Source: Parcubacteria group bacterium
GTDB lineage: Bacteria; Patescibacteriota; Patescibacteriia; Magasanikbacterales; GCA-002688135
Length of the DNA stretch: 64,000 nt
Direction: 5' to 3'
Assembly: GCA_002688135.1 (NCBI GenBank)
Contig: NZCD01000031.1
Location: 4,544 to 68,543 of the forward strand
A model generated the notes under the pieces. The model was not told the DNA's origin, did not search any database, and saw only the letters and a program-made list of their open reading frames with translations. Each line of letters opens with the position of its first letter. Position 1 is the first letter of the stretch. Below are positions 40,103-49,227 of this stretch, piece by piece. The translations under genes were made by a program, and so were the position numbers.

Positions 40103-41236
40103 ATGAAATTATCCTACATCGCAAACATGAGGCTTCCATCAGACCGCGCACATGCATGGCAAATTATGCGCATGTGTCAGGCTTTTGCGAACAATAATCA
40201 TGATGTCACGCTCTACGTTCCAAAACGTAAAACAGATAGTGATAAAAATCCGTTCGAGTATTACAACTTACAACCAAATTTCAAAATCAAAAGAATTCCA
40301 GTCATTGATCTATTTCCTATCAAATGGATGCCACGCAAAATCGCGTACTGGGTAAACACATTCACGTTTTCAATCGGACTCATGTTCAAATTGGGAAAGA
40401 TGAAAAAAGGTATCGTATATTCCCGTGATCCATTCTCAACCTTCGCAATCGGAAGATTCGTGAAAGATTGGTGTTACGAAGTTCACGACTCCCCTAAAAA
40501 AACATTTCTCAATAAGATTCTCTTTGGCGGAATCAAGCATGTTGTTGCGACAAATACATGGAAAAGAAATCAGCTCGCTGATACTTTCAATCTAAACAAA
40601 GATGAAATGAACATCGCGCATCATGGGGTTGATGTAGATGTATTTGCAGAACTCCCTCAAAAGCATGAGGCATTTCGCGTAACAGGATTATCACCGCAAT
40701 ATAATCACGTGGTATACACAGGCCATTTATTTGAATGGAAGGGTGTATATGCACTAGCACGAGCTTCACGATTTCTCGATCAAAATACACGCGTTGTGCT
40801 GGTGGGAGGGACTCCAGAAGATGTAGAAAAGATGCAGGATTTCATCGATAGAGAGCAATTAGACCGCGTACAATTAACAGGTTTCAAACAGCGAGCCGAC
40901 ATGCTACACTATGTGGCTTGTGCTGATTTATTCGTCATTCCAACTTCAGCGAAATTCCAAATTGGAATGTATGAATCATCACCACTCAAGTTATTTGAAT
41001 ACATGGCAACTGGAAAACCTATTGTTGCGACAGACCTTCCAGCTATACGTGATATTGTAGATGAGACCATGGTAGAGTTTTGCGAACCGGACAAGGCTTC
41101 GCAGTTAGCACAAATCATCACGCAAACATTAGAACAACCATCACAACAAAAAATACAAACAGCTGCTGACTATGTGAAAAAGAATACATGGGAAGCACGC
41201 GCAAAAAAATTAGTAACATTCATACATGGAAAATAG
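40103..41236 (+). CDS. Glycosyltransferase family 4
   Basis: ESSPLKLFEYMATGKPIVATDLPAIRDIV (EX7E). The track start (40025) overlaps the upstream gene; the ATG at 40103 follows a GGAGAAG RBS and the upstream stop. Confidence 0.8.
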   Translation: MKLSYIANMRLPSDRAHAWQIMRMCQAFANNNHDVTLYVPKRKTDSDKNPFEYYNLQPNFKIKRIPVIDLFPIKWMPRKIAYWVNTFTFSIGLMFKLGKMKKGIVYSRDPFSTFAIGRFVKDWCYEVHDSPKKTFLNKILFGGIKHVVATNTWKRNQLADTFNLNKDEMNIAHHGVDVDVFAELPQKHEAFRVTGLSPQYNHVVYTGHLFEWKGVYALARASRFLDQNTRVVLVGGTPEDVEKMQDFIDREQLDRVQLTGFKQRADMLHYVACADLFVIPTSAKFQIGMYESSPLKLFEYMATGKPIVATDLPAIRDIVDETMVEFCEPDKASQLAQIITQTLEQPSQQKIQTAADYVKKNTWEARAKKLVTFIHGK

Positions 41237-42179
41237 CGAGCAATGCCCAGTATGCGCATCGACTGAAAGAACAGTTGTTGCAACCATCGGTGATTTAAAT
41301 AAACCGCTCACCAACGTGATTTGCGAATCATGTGGTTTGATTTTTATTACCCCGCGAAAACAAATCGCAGAAGTAGAAGAATTCCATGTAGAAGATTTTT
41401 TGAAAAATAAAGGATACGAAGAAGCTGATCACTTTGAACACAAATTGAGTGCATCAGAAATTCCAACGAAAAAACGCATCGCAGAAGTTATCATTCCTCA
41501 TATGCCAGGCGGGGGAACGGTGTTAGATGTTGGGTGTGGAATTGGAACGCTCGTAAGTATTTTGCTGGACCGAGGGTACAAGGCTGAAGGGATTGAATTA
41601 GCACGAATCGAGATTGAAGCAGCAAAGAAGTTCTATGATGTAGACCTATATTTGGGAAGCTTAAGAAAATACGCTACAGAACATCCGGAAAAGAAGTTCG
41701 ATATGATCGTTCTGCATCACACACTCGAACACATGACAGACCCACAAGGCGAACTACACTTCATGAAATCAATGCTATCTGAAAATGGAAAAATCTATAT
41801 CGGCGTACCAAATGTAACAAACATGAAAAAAAGACCAGAAGTCTATTTTGAATCAGGTCATGTTGTAACATACTCGCCGCGCTCGCTAGCTCACGCACTG
41901 GAAGCACAAGGACTATATCCATCATACTTCTCAACCAAGGCGGTGTATCCAGGAGGAATGGGTGTGATTGCTGGAACTAAGCCCGCAGACAACACAGCAT
42001 TATTACAAAAAGAAATGAAAGGTATGGGTCATCCAAAAGATGTGAAATATTACATCAAGAAAAAGGGTGCTCAATTTGCTACAGCTCGTGTCTGTCGAGA
42101 TATTGGATTATTCTTCATTCCGAAAAAAGCTCGAGTCAAAATAGGTCGGGCAATTTCAAATTGGATGAAAAATAGATAG
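41226..42179 (+). CDS. Class-I SAM methyltransferase with N-terminal Cys4 zinc-ribbon
   Basis: CPVCAS...CESCG zinc ribbon; VLDVGCGIGTL motif I; MLSENGKIYIGVP. Paralog of the 49228 gene. Confidence 0.75.
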   Translation: MENSEQCPVCASTERTVVATIGDLNKPLTNVICESCGLIFITPRKQIAEVEEFHVEDFLKNKGYEEADHFEHKLSASEIPTKKRIAEVIIPHMPGGGTVLDVGCGIGTLVSILLDRGYKAEGIELARIEIEAAKKFYDVDLYLGSLRKYATEHPEKKFDMIVLHHTLEHMTDPQGELHFMKSMLSENGKIYIGVPNVTNMKKRPEVYFESGHVVTYSPRSLAHALEAQGLYPSYFSTKAVYPGGMGVIAGTKPADNTALLQKEMKGMGHPKDVKYYIKKKGAQFATARVCRDIGLFFIPKKARVKIGRAISNWMKNR

Positions 42180-42180
42180 A

Positions 42181-42367
42181 CCACGAATGGTACAAATCAA
42201 ATACAAATCTACAAATCTCCGCTAAGTCACTAGGAGTGTCATCCCGGGCTTGATCCGGGATCCAAAGTTCGCAGCTGGATCCCGGATCAAGCCCGGGATG
42301 ACAGTCGGTCTGGTTGTTGCTAGACGAGCATTTGTAGATTTGTAGAAAATTTGTATTATTCGAGGGA
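42181..42367. mobile_element. Family-B MITE-like element (~187 bp) with ~37-bp terminal inverted repeats CCACGAATGGTACAAATCAAATACAAATCTACAAATC; carries a nested family-C palindrome
   Basis: Left TIR at 42181-42217 and right TIR at 42329-42367 (GCATTTGTAGATTTGTAGAAAATTTGTATTATTCGAGGG). The inner palindrome spans 42237-42303. Confidence 0.7.
42237..42303. repeat. Family-C-related perfect palindrome (TGTCATCCCGGGCTTGATCCGGGATCC ... GGATCCCGGATCAAGCCCGGGATGACA) nested in MITE B1
   Basis: 27-bp arms around a 13-nt spacer. Shares the TGTCATCCCGG / GGATCC cores with family C. Confidence 0.75.
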
Positions 42368-42372
42368 AAAAC

Positions 42373-44220
42373 ATGAAAAACCCACTAACAAACAAAACCC
42401 TACAAATAATCATAGCTGCGACACTCGCGGGGTTCTTTTTTATAGGAAGACATTTGACGATGTGGTGGTATCAGCTGCAGCAGGGCGCACCATTCAACTT
42501 TTTTACTTTTGAGCAAATCGATCCGCTTTCAAATCTCGCGCCTATTTTCAGACAGGTTTTGGATGGGGGGTTATATGTTACGGATGGACGAGTTTTGGAA
42601 TGGGTTGCAGGACCAAGTCTGTGGTCGATATTATCTCCAATAGTCGGATATCCAATTTTAGCTATCACACAAAACATATCTCTAACATTTTTGATTGGAA
42701 CATTACTATCAGCAGTCTTAACATTTATCGCAGCATACGCAATCGCAAAACATCTAACGAAAAATCACTGGTGGGCGATCTTATCATCATTTATATTTGT
42801 AAACGCAACACTCATTGTATTATTTATTCTGCCGATTGATATTGAAGGATTAAAAGTTCTAGCAAGATCATTTTGGCTAGGTTCACCTCCAGGAGATATT
42901 TTGATGAGTAGATATGTCAGTTTTTCAGTTTTCCCAACCTGGCCAGTATTTGTATTTTCATTACTTGGATTATTAAAACTTGCAGCAAACCCAACATCAA
43001 AAAAATGGTTCTGGTTCACCGCAATCTCGTGCGCAATGCTCACACACATGTATGTCACAGATGCGATGTACATTTTCGGCGGGATGGCATTAATGGTGGT
43101 TTGGTTCTTTTTACAAACAGATACACAACGAGCAAAAACATATCTTAAAACAATATTTCTTTCTACTGCATTATCAGCGCCATACATTTTCAATTATCTC
43201 TCAATCCAAGCTCTCCCGCATGCACAAGAGTTAGTTGAACGACTCGGCGCAGAATTCACACATAGTTTTCGTGTAAGCGCATGGCCACAATATTTGGTAA
43301 TGATAATTCTAGCCTACGGAGTTTGGAAATGGGGGAAAGCAGAAAACAGAACTCCAGAAGCAACAGTAATTGGATCTTTAGTTCTCGGTGGAATCGGAAT
43401 TTTGAACATGCAATTGATTTTGGGATTCAATCCACATCCTCCGGTTTGGCCTGTACATCAATTTTATTTAGGATATGCCGCAGCATTCCTTGTAATCGCG
43501 CATCTATTTATTACACATGGATTAAGATCAGCATGGCTTAAAAAAGCCGGAACAACAGTTTTAGTAATTGCATCAGTCGCAGTTATTGGACGAGCAATCC
43601 AAGCAGAATTTATTTCAGGGACACACTTTCAAGAATCATCAGTCATGCCAGAAAATATCCGAAACTCACTAGAATGGATTAACGATAATACACCAACAAA
43701 CAGTGTCGTCGCATCACCATCAGCAACAACAAATAGCTTAATTCCTGTATTTACCGGGGCACACTCAATCCAACCTCTTGCTGTTACCTCCGCCGCGCCA
43801 CTATCAGAAGTAGTTGGACGCTGGTTGACCATCTCAAAGCTCTATGGTATTCCTGAAACAACTCTGGTAACATCTCTGAAAAAAGAGCACACAGATATCG
43901 ACAATTTTGCTCTCGATTCAGAAAACGCAACTGCCATATTCCTCTTCGATACATTCTTCTGGAAAAAGGGATTGGGCGCATTCGATGAAGGCCGACAATT
44001 ATTCATTCCAGATGAAGCGATCGAAAAGATTATTGCCGAATATCAAGCGCTTCCAGAGGGTGAAGAATTGCTTAAAACATATCGAATGGATTATCTATAT
44101 GTTGGACCATACGAACGGGCACTTGTCATGAAAGACCTGGACTACGAATTTCTTAAAAAAGTCTATGACGAAGATGACGTTCAAATTTATAAAATCAATC
44201 AATCATTTCTAGAATTATAG
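42373..44220 (+). CDS. Polytopic membrane protein with C-terminal extracytoplasmic domain; paralog of the membrane moiety of the 34887 GT2 fusion (candidate GT-C-like transferase/polymerase)
   Basis: Shared blocks: LGGIGILNMQLILGFNPHPPVW vs LPIGIVLNLQLLLGFNPQPDHW; PENIRNSLEWINDNTPTNSVVASPSATTNS vs PDIQESFAWINENVDKDSVIISPSTRTST; and C-terminal QIYKI vs DIYKIL. Confidence 0.55.
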   Translation: MKNPLTNKTLQIIIAATLAGFFFIGRHLTMWWYQLQQGAPFNFFTFEQIDPLSNLAPIFRQVLDGGLYVTDGRVLEWVAGPSLWSILSPIVGYPILAITQNISLTFLIGTLLSAVLTFIAAYAIAKHLTKNHWWAILSSFIFVNATLIVLFILPIDIEGLKVLARSFWLGSPPGDILMSRYVSFSVFPTWPVFVFSLLGLLKLAANPTSKKWFWFTAISCAMLTHMYVTDAMYIFGGMALMVVWFFLQTDTQRAKTYLKTIFLSTALSAPYIFNYLSIQALPHAQELVERLGAEFTHSFRVSAWPQYLVMIILAYGVWKWGKAENRTPEATVIGSLVLGGIGILNMQLILGFNPHPPVWPVHQFYLGYAAAFLVIAHLFITHGLRSAWLKKAGTTVLVIASVAVIGRAIQAEFISGTHFQESSVMPENIRNSLEWINDNTPTNSVVASPSATTNSLIPVFTGAHSIQPLAVTSAAPLSEVVGRWLTISKLYGIPETTLVTSLKKEHTDIDNFALDSENATAIFLFDTFFWKKGLGAFDEGRQLFIPDEAIEKIIAEYQALPEGEELLKTYRMDYLYVGPYERALVMKDLDYEFLKKVYDEDDVQIYKINQSFLEL

Positions 44221-44221
44221 T

Positions 44222-45160
44222 ATGGAACGAAAACGAGTTTTAGTAACAGGAGGAGCAGGATATGTGGGATCAGTATTGGTCCCGGAACTTTTGAGTAAGG
44301 GATTCGAAGTGACTGTTCTTGATAACCTATCATACAATAATGGTCGCTGCATTTTACAAAATTTCTACAGCAATCATTTTCAGTTTGTGAAAGGGGATAT
44401 ACGAGATCGCGTTTTGGTAGATAAACTCGTTGGTCAGGCAGACCACATCATCCACCTAGCAGCGATTGTGGGATATCCGGCATGTCGCAAAGATGAACGT
44501 TTAGCCCAAGAAGTAAATGTGATCGGAACAGAAAATATTGCACGTGCAGTGCAGCCTCATCAAACAATTCAATTCGCTTCAACAGGTTCTGTATACGGAG
44601 CGATTGGAGAAACATGTACGGAAGAGACTGTGGCGAATCCACTCACGATCTACGGAAAAAATAAACTCGATGCTGAAAACATTTTGAAAGAACACTGCAC
44701 ACCAATCATCTATCGCTTCGCAACTGCGTTTGGATTGGCCGGTCGCTTACGAATGGATTTGATGATTAATGATTTTGTATATCAAGCAATTCATACGAAA
44801 CACCTAATCGTGTATGAAAAGCATTTCCGACGTACATTCATTCATGTGAGAGATATTGCGCGTGTGTTTGTGCATGGTCTGGAAAAGTATGAAGAAATGA
44901 AGGGACAAACATACAATGTGGGACACGAAACAATGAACTACACAAAAGAAGACATTGTGAACAAAATTCGAGCACGCGTGCCATTTTATCTTCACTTTGC
45001 GGAGTTTGCGAAAGATCAAGATCAACGAGACTACGAAGTAAACTATCAGAAAATTCGTGCAACAGGATTTGAAACAAAAATTTCAATGGACACAGGATTA
45101 CGTGAGTTGATGGACGCGCTAGAAATCGTCACTATCCCTAATCCATACTCAAATATATAG
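44222..45160 (+). CDS. NAD-dependent sugar-nucleotide epimerase/dehydratase (extended SDR)
   Basis: VLVTGGAGYVGSVLV (GxxGxxG); STGSVYG; YGKNK (YxxxK). Confidence 0.8.
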   Translation: MERKRVLVTGGAGYVGSVLVPELLSKGFEVTVLDNLSYNNGRCILQNFYSNHFQFVKGDIRDRVLVDKLVGQADHIIHLAAIVGYPACRKDERLAQEVNVIGTENIARAVQPHQTIQFASTGSVYGAIGETCTEETVANPLTIYGKNKLDAENILKEHCTPIIYRFATAFGLAGRLRMDLMINDFVYQAIHTKHLIVYEKHFRRTFIHVRDIARVFVHGLEKYEEMKGQTYNVGHETMNYTKEDIVNKIRARVPFYLHFAEFAKDQDQRDYEVNYQKIRATGFETKISMDTGLRELMDALEIVTIPNPYSNI

Positions 45161-45381
45161 CCCACGAATGGTACAAATCATTTACAAATCTACAAATCCT
45201 CGATTAGCAACAGCCCGACCAACTGTCATTGCGAGCGTTTTAGCTAAGCAATCTGATTCCACAAACTGGATTCTATCGACGGAGCCTGCACTGGAGTAAA
45301 GTGATAGGGACTCCAGAATGACGCACTAAGTAGTTAGGCGGAAATTTGTAGATTTGTAGTAGATTTGTAATATTCGTGGGA
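45161..45381. mobile_element. Family-B MITE-like element (~220 bp) with the same TIRs; inner part carries the TGTCATTGCGAGCG motif
   Basis: TIRs CCCACGAATGGTACAAATCATTTACAAATCTACAAATC / GGAAATTTGTAGATTTGTAGTAGATTTGTAATATTCGTGGG. Confidence 0.7.
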
Positions 45382-45389
45382 ATAAAAAT

Positions 45390-46358
45390 ATGAATTTAAA
45401 AAACTATTACTTAGGAAAGCGAGTCATGATCACCGGCGGTGCCGGATTTTTGGGCAGTGAGATTATCAAACAACTCGCAGGGTTTGATTGTGAAATTATT
45501 GTACCTCGAAAAAAGAATTACGATTTAACAAGTCAGGAAGATGCGTTGGCATGTGTACGACAATCTAAACCCCATGTGATTATTCATGCAGCAGCATGGT
45601 ACGGAGGCCCTCCAATTCACGAAGCATACCCTGCAAAAATGTTTTACGAAAACACGATGATGGGAATGAATGTTATGCATGCATCACATCTGTGCGATGT
45701 AGAAAAAGTTGTGATCATCGGATCAGATTGCGCATATCCCGGATATCTCGGAAAAGAAGTATTATCAGAAGATGATTTATTTTCTGGAAAACCACATGCA
45801 TCAGCAATTGATTACGGAATGGTAAAACGATTCCTTTCGGTGCAAGCATGGGCATACAACAAACAATACGGATTAAATGCAAACTTCCTCATTCTCACAA
45901 ACATGTACGGAGAAGGGGACAACTTCAATCCAGAATCATCACATGTTGTTGGCGCACTTATTCGAAGGTTCACTGAAGCAGTAATAGAAAATAAAGATGA
46001 AGTAGAAGTTTGGGGATCAGGAAAACCAACACGAAACTTTTTGTATGTGAAAGATGCAGCGCAAGGTGTGATTCGTGCGACAGCGTTATATGATTCTCAC
46101 GAACCAATCAACATTACAACAGGACAAGGAAACTCAATTAAGGAGCTTGCTGAAACAATTGCAGAAGTCACAGGATTCCGCGGACGACTAAAATGGCTCA
46201 CAGAAAAACCAGACGGACAAATGAAAAAAGTTCTGGATGTTTCAAGAATGAAAGAACATTTGAATTGGCAGCCGGAATTTACACTGAAACAAGGATTAGG
46301 AAACACTGCGAATTGGTATAAGGCGAATAAGGAGGTCGCAGACGCTAAAAAGAAATAG
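45390..46358 (+). CDS. fcl: GDP-L-fucose synthase (GDP-4-keto-6-deoxy-D-mannose 3,5-epimerase/4-reductase)
   Basis: VIIHAAAWYGGPPIHEAYPAKMFYENTMMGMNVMHASHLCDVEKVVIIGSDCAYP and NMYGEGDNFNPESSHVVGALIRRF align block-for-block with Fcl/WcaG (VYLAAAKVGG..NTYPADFIYENL..NVIHAAH..V.KLLFLGSSCIYP; NLYGPHDNF.P.NSHVIPALLRRF). 322 aa. Confidence 0.85.
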   Translation: MNLKNYYLGKRVMITGGAGFLGSEIIKQLAGFDCEIIVPRKKNYDLTSQEDALACVRQSKPHVIIHAAAWYGGPPIHEAYPAKMFYENTMMGMNVMHASHLCDVEKVVIIGSDCAYPGYLGKEVLSEDDLFSGKPHASAIDYGMVKRFLSVQAWAYNKQYGLNANFLILTNMYGEGDNFNPESSHVVGALIRRFTEAVIENKDEVEVWGSGKPTRNFLYVKDAAQGVIRATALYDSHEPINITTGQGNSIKELAETIAEVTGFRGRLKWLTEKPDGQMKKVLDVSRMKEHLNWQPEFTLKQGLGNTANWYKANKEVADAKKK

Positions 46359-46560
46359 CCCGCGAATATTACAAATCAACTACAAATCTACAAATCCTTG
46401 ACTAGTAGCTCTGTAAATAGGCTGTCATTGCGAGCGCTTTAGCGTGGCAATCTGAAGCCAGATTGAGATTGCCACGCTAAAGCGCTCGCAATGACGTGTT
46501 GGTCGAGTGGTTGCTAAACGAGCATTTGTAGATTTGTAAAAGATTTGTACTATTCGTGGG
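46359..46560. mobile_element. Family-B MITE-like element (~200 bp); inner part is a TGTCATTGCGAGCGCTTTAGCGTGGCAATC ... palindrome
   Basis: TIRs CCCGCGAATATTACAAATCAACTACAAATCTACAAATC / GCATTTGTAGATTTGTAAAAGATTTGTACTATTCGTGGG. Inner 28-bp perfect inverted arms at 46424-46496. Confidence 0.7.
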
Positions 46561-46571
46561 TCAAAAAGGTT

Positions 46572-47285
46572 ATGCAGCCAAAAGTTTCAATCATGATTCC
46601 AATATGGTCCGAGGTAGATTCTCTCAAAGTGGTAGTCGACGGACTCTACGAACGAATCGGAGATTACATACATGAAATATTTTTCATCGTCGCGCCGCAG
46701 TCATCTGCTGCGTGTTTTAATATGTGCCAAAGATTGGCGTCGGAACATCCAGAAATACAAGTGATGATTCAAAAAGTATGCCCGGGGTTGGGACATGCAT
46801 ATAAACAAGTATTTCCACATGTCACAGGAACACACATGCTAGTCATTGATGCAGATGACGAAATGGATTTAGACACAGTCCCTAAAATGGTAGCTGCCGC
46901 AGAACAAGGATATGATTTAGTTTTACCTACGAGATGGATGCCAGGAGGAGGAGTAAAAGGATACGACACCATGACGTATATTTTAAATAGAGGATTCCAA
47001 ACAATTTTCAGATTAGTATTTCTAACACCCGCACGCGATCTCACATACGGTTTCAAACTATTCAATACAAGACTCATCAATGAAGTTGATTGGTGGGGAG
47101 AATGGCATGAGATCGCCATGGAAACAACACTCAAGCCACTCAAGCTCGGATACAAATACATTGAAATACCAACCTGGTGGAAAGCGCGCACACAAGGAGT
47201 TTCAAAAATAAACACTCTCAAAAGAATGCGATACGTAAAATTCGCACTACGTATTAGATTCGCAAATATCAAAAAGCGTATTTAA
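46572..47285 (+). CDS. GT2 glycosyltransferase (DPM1-like)
   Basis: VSIMIPIWSEVDSL and LVIDADDEMD (DxD). The track start (46545) was trimmed to MQPKVSIMIP. Confidence 0.65.
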   Translation: MQPKVSIMIPIWSEVDSLKVVVDGLYERIGDYIHEIFFIVAPQSSAACFNMCQRLASEHPEIQVMIQKVCPGLGHAYKQVFPHVTGTHMLVIDADDEMDLDTVPKMVAAAEQGYDLVLPTRWMPGGGVKGYDTMTYILNRGFQTIFRLVFLTPARDLTYGFKLFNTRLINEVDWWGEWHEIAMETTLKPLKLGYKYIEIPTWWKARTQGVSKINTLKRMRYVKFALRIRFANIKKRI

Positions 47286-47881
47286 TTTCTCTCCCACACA
47301 CTCAACCATTGTGGTGTGTTCATGAATTTTAAGGTAGAATAGGTCTGCGTTATCGGCAGATCTTTTGTTATGGTATCAAGTTTTTTAGGGTTAAGTTTGT
47401 TGACATGCATGTCACGCGAGCGCATCGGATTTCCATATAATGTAATCGCTGCGCGCGTTGCAGCCATCCCACGGAATAATTCCCATGGATAGACAGCAAC
47501 ATATTTCCCACCAGGTTTTAAAACACGAGCAATCTCCTCAAAGTGTTTGAGAAGTTCTGGGATATGTTCAATCGTATGAGATGAGTATGCCCGATCAAAT
47601 GACGAATCAGGAAATGTCATTGCTGTGCCGTCCATCACTATTGCCTCGTTGCCAGTATTCTGTGAAATCGCAAACTCATTAATATCAATTCCTACACATC
47701 TCTCAACCGCAAGCTCAAACTTCCGCTGCGTATACCCAACATCACATCCAACCTCAAGCAAATGATGATCACTACGCAATTCCAATAAATCAAAAAGCGC
47801 GGCGTCTACCGCGTCATAATTCATGATAATGTCATTTTCGCGATCACGAAGCACCTCTTGTGAATACCGTCTATCGTACAT
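47282..47881 (-). CDS. Class-I SAM-dependent methyltransferase (antisense to the surrounding operon)
   Basis: LLEVGCDVGYT (motif I) and LKPGGKYVAV. Its stop overlaps the stop of the 46572 gene (TTAA). Its ATG abuts the ATG of the 47882 gene (CATATG). Confidence 0.7.
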   Translation of the reverse strand: MYDRRYSQEVLRDRENDIIMNYDAVDAALFDLLELRSDHHLLEVGCDVGYTQRKFELAVERCVGIDINEFAISQNTGNEAIVMDGTAMTFPDSSFDRAYSSHTIEHIPELLKHFEEIARVLKPGGKYVAVYPWELFRGMAATRAAITLYGNPMRSRDMHVNKLNPKKLDTITKDLPITQTYSTLKFMNTPQWLSVWERN

Positions 47882-49222
47882 ATGAACTTGTTACGAAACT
47901 TATTTCGATCAAAACGTGAGACAAGTATATTCTTTTTTGCGCTAGCCGTCCAGTCTATTATTCTCTATCTCACAATGAAAACCGCTTCTGGTGGTTTTTT
48001 GTGGACATCAGATGCAGAACTCTATTTTGATTTAGGACGAAACCTCCTCGAGACAGGAGGATTTTACATGCATCCAGATCTCGACCCGCAAACCATCCGA
48101 ACGCCACTGTATCCATTATTTGTCGCAGGATTATACGGACTCACACACTCACTATTTTTTGTCATCGCAATTCAAAATATAATCGCTGCGTATGTACTAG
48201 TGATTATCTATCGCATTGGTGCAACACTTGTTTCAGAAAGAGTAGCATTAATCGGCACAGTATTATTTATGCTCGAAGCTCGCCGATTGACCAACGCATC
48301 ACAACTCATGTCAGAAACACTTTTCATGCTATTTTTCGCTCTAAGTATCTACTGGCTGATAATATATCTCAAAACAAAACAAGACAGAAAACTAATCATC
48401 GGAAGCGCGATTGCTGCAGGACTCGCTATTATGACACGACCATTTCTGATCCCAGTCATTCCACTTTTTGTATTACTCATCCTATTTGTTTTTTGGAAAA
48501 AGAAGTTTGCTATCAAACATGCTGCGCTCTATGTGATTCTCGTAATCGCTGTCATCATGCCATGGTCCGCCCGAAATTATTATCACTTCAAAACAATCAA
48601 TCCAATCTCAACTGCTGGTGCAAATGCATATTTAACAGCAGCACCACGCTTCCTGGAATATTATGAACCAGGAGAAGAAAGGTATGCAGGGCTCGTGACA
48701 CAGGCAGTGGGAGATCTCAATTACACGGGACTACCACATCTCACACCAGAAGAATCATTTGTGAGATTCGGAATTTTCGAATTTCAATATCAAGATTATC
48801 TAACCACGCACGCACGCGAAATCATCTCTCAAGATTATCTTTTATTCGGACGTGTTATCGCACAAAAGATGGGAGTATTTTTCATAGAAAGTTCTGCATC
48901 AAGATCCTATAGCATACTATTCCACCAACTAAATCCACCACAACAAATCTTCTATCCATTCCTATATTTCGGCGGGCGAATCTGGTGGGCAATTATGTTC
49001 TTGCTGATGGCATTTGGATTCTGGAAATATCTTGCCACTCACAAAGACAAAGCTTCGCGAGGTATCATAGCAACAATAATCATCATGATGTTATTCTTCG
49101 CTTTTATATCATCAATGAATAAAGATACTCCGCGATTACGAATTCCAATCACACCATTTATAACCTTGTTTGCGGCCTACGGTGCAACTATTGCCATGAA
49201 GTATAAATTGTGTAAGGATTAG
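47882..49222 (+). CDS. Polytopic membrane glycosyltransferase, GT-C-like (ArnT/PMT_2/GT39-83-like)
   Basis: About 11-12 TM helices. First extracytoplasmic loop TSDAELYFDLGRNLLETGGFYMHPD resembles the ArnT/PMT acidic first-loop motif. No soluble domain. Confidence 0.45.
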   Translation: MNLLRNLFRSKRETSIFFFALAVQSIILYLTMKTASGGFLWTSDAELYFDLGRNLLETGGFYMHPDLDPQTIRTPLYPLFVAGLYGLTHSLFFVIAIQNIIAAYVLVIIYRIGATLVSERVALIGTVLFMLEARRLTNASQLMSETLFMLFFALSIYWLIIYLKTKQDRKLIIGSAIAAGLAIMTRPFLIPVIPLFVLLILFVFWKKKFAIKHAALYVILVIAVIMPWSARNYYHFKTINPISTAGANAYLTAAPRFLEYYEPGEERYAGLVTQAVGDLNYTGLPHLTPEESFVRFGIFEFQYQDYLTTHAREIISQDYLLFGRVIAQKMGVFFIESSASRSYSILFHQLNPPQQIFYPFLYFGGRIWWAIMFLLMAFGFWKYLATHKDKASRGIIATIIIMMLFFAFISSMNKDTPRLRIPITPFITLFAAYGATIAMKYKLCKD

Positions 49223-49227
49223 CTTTT

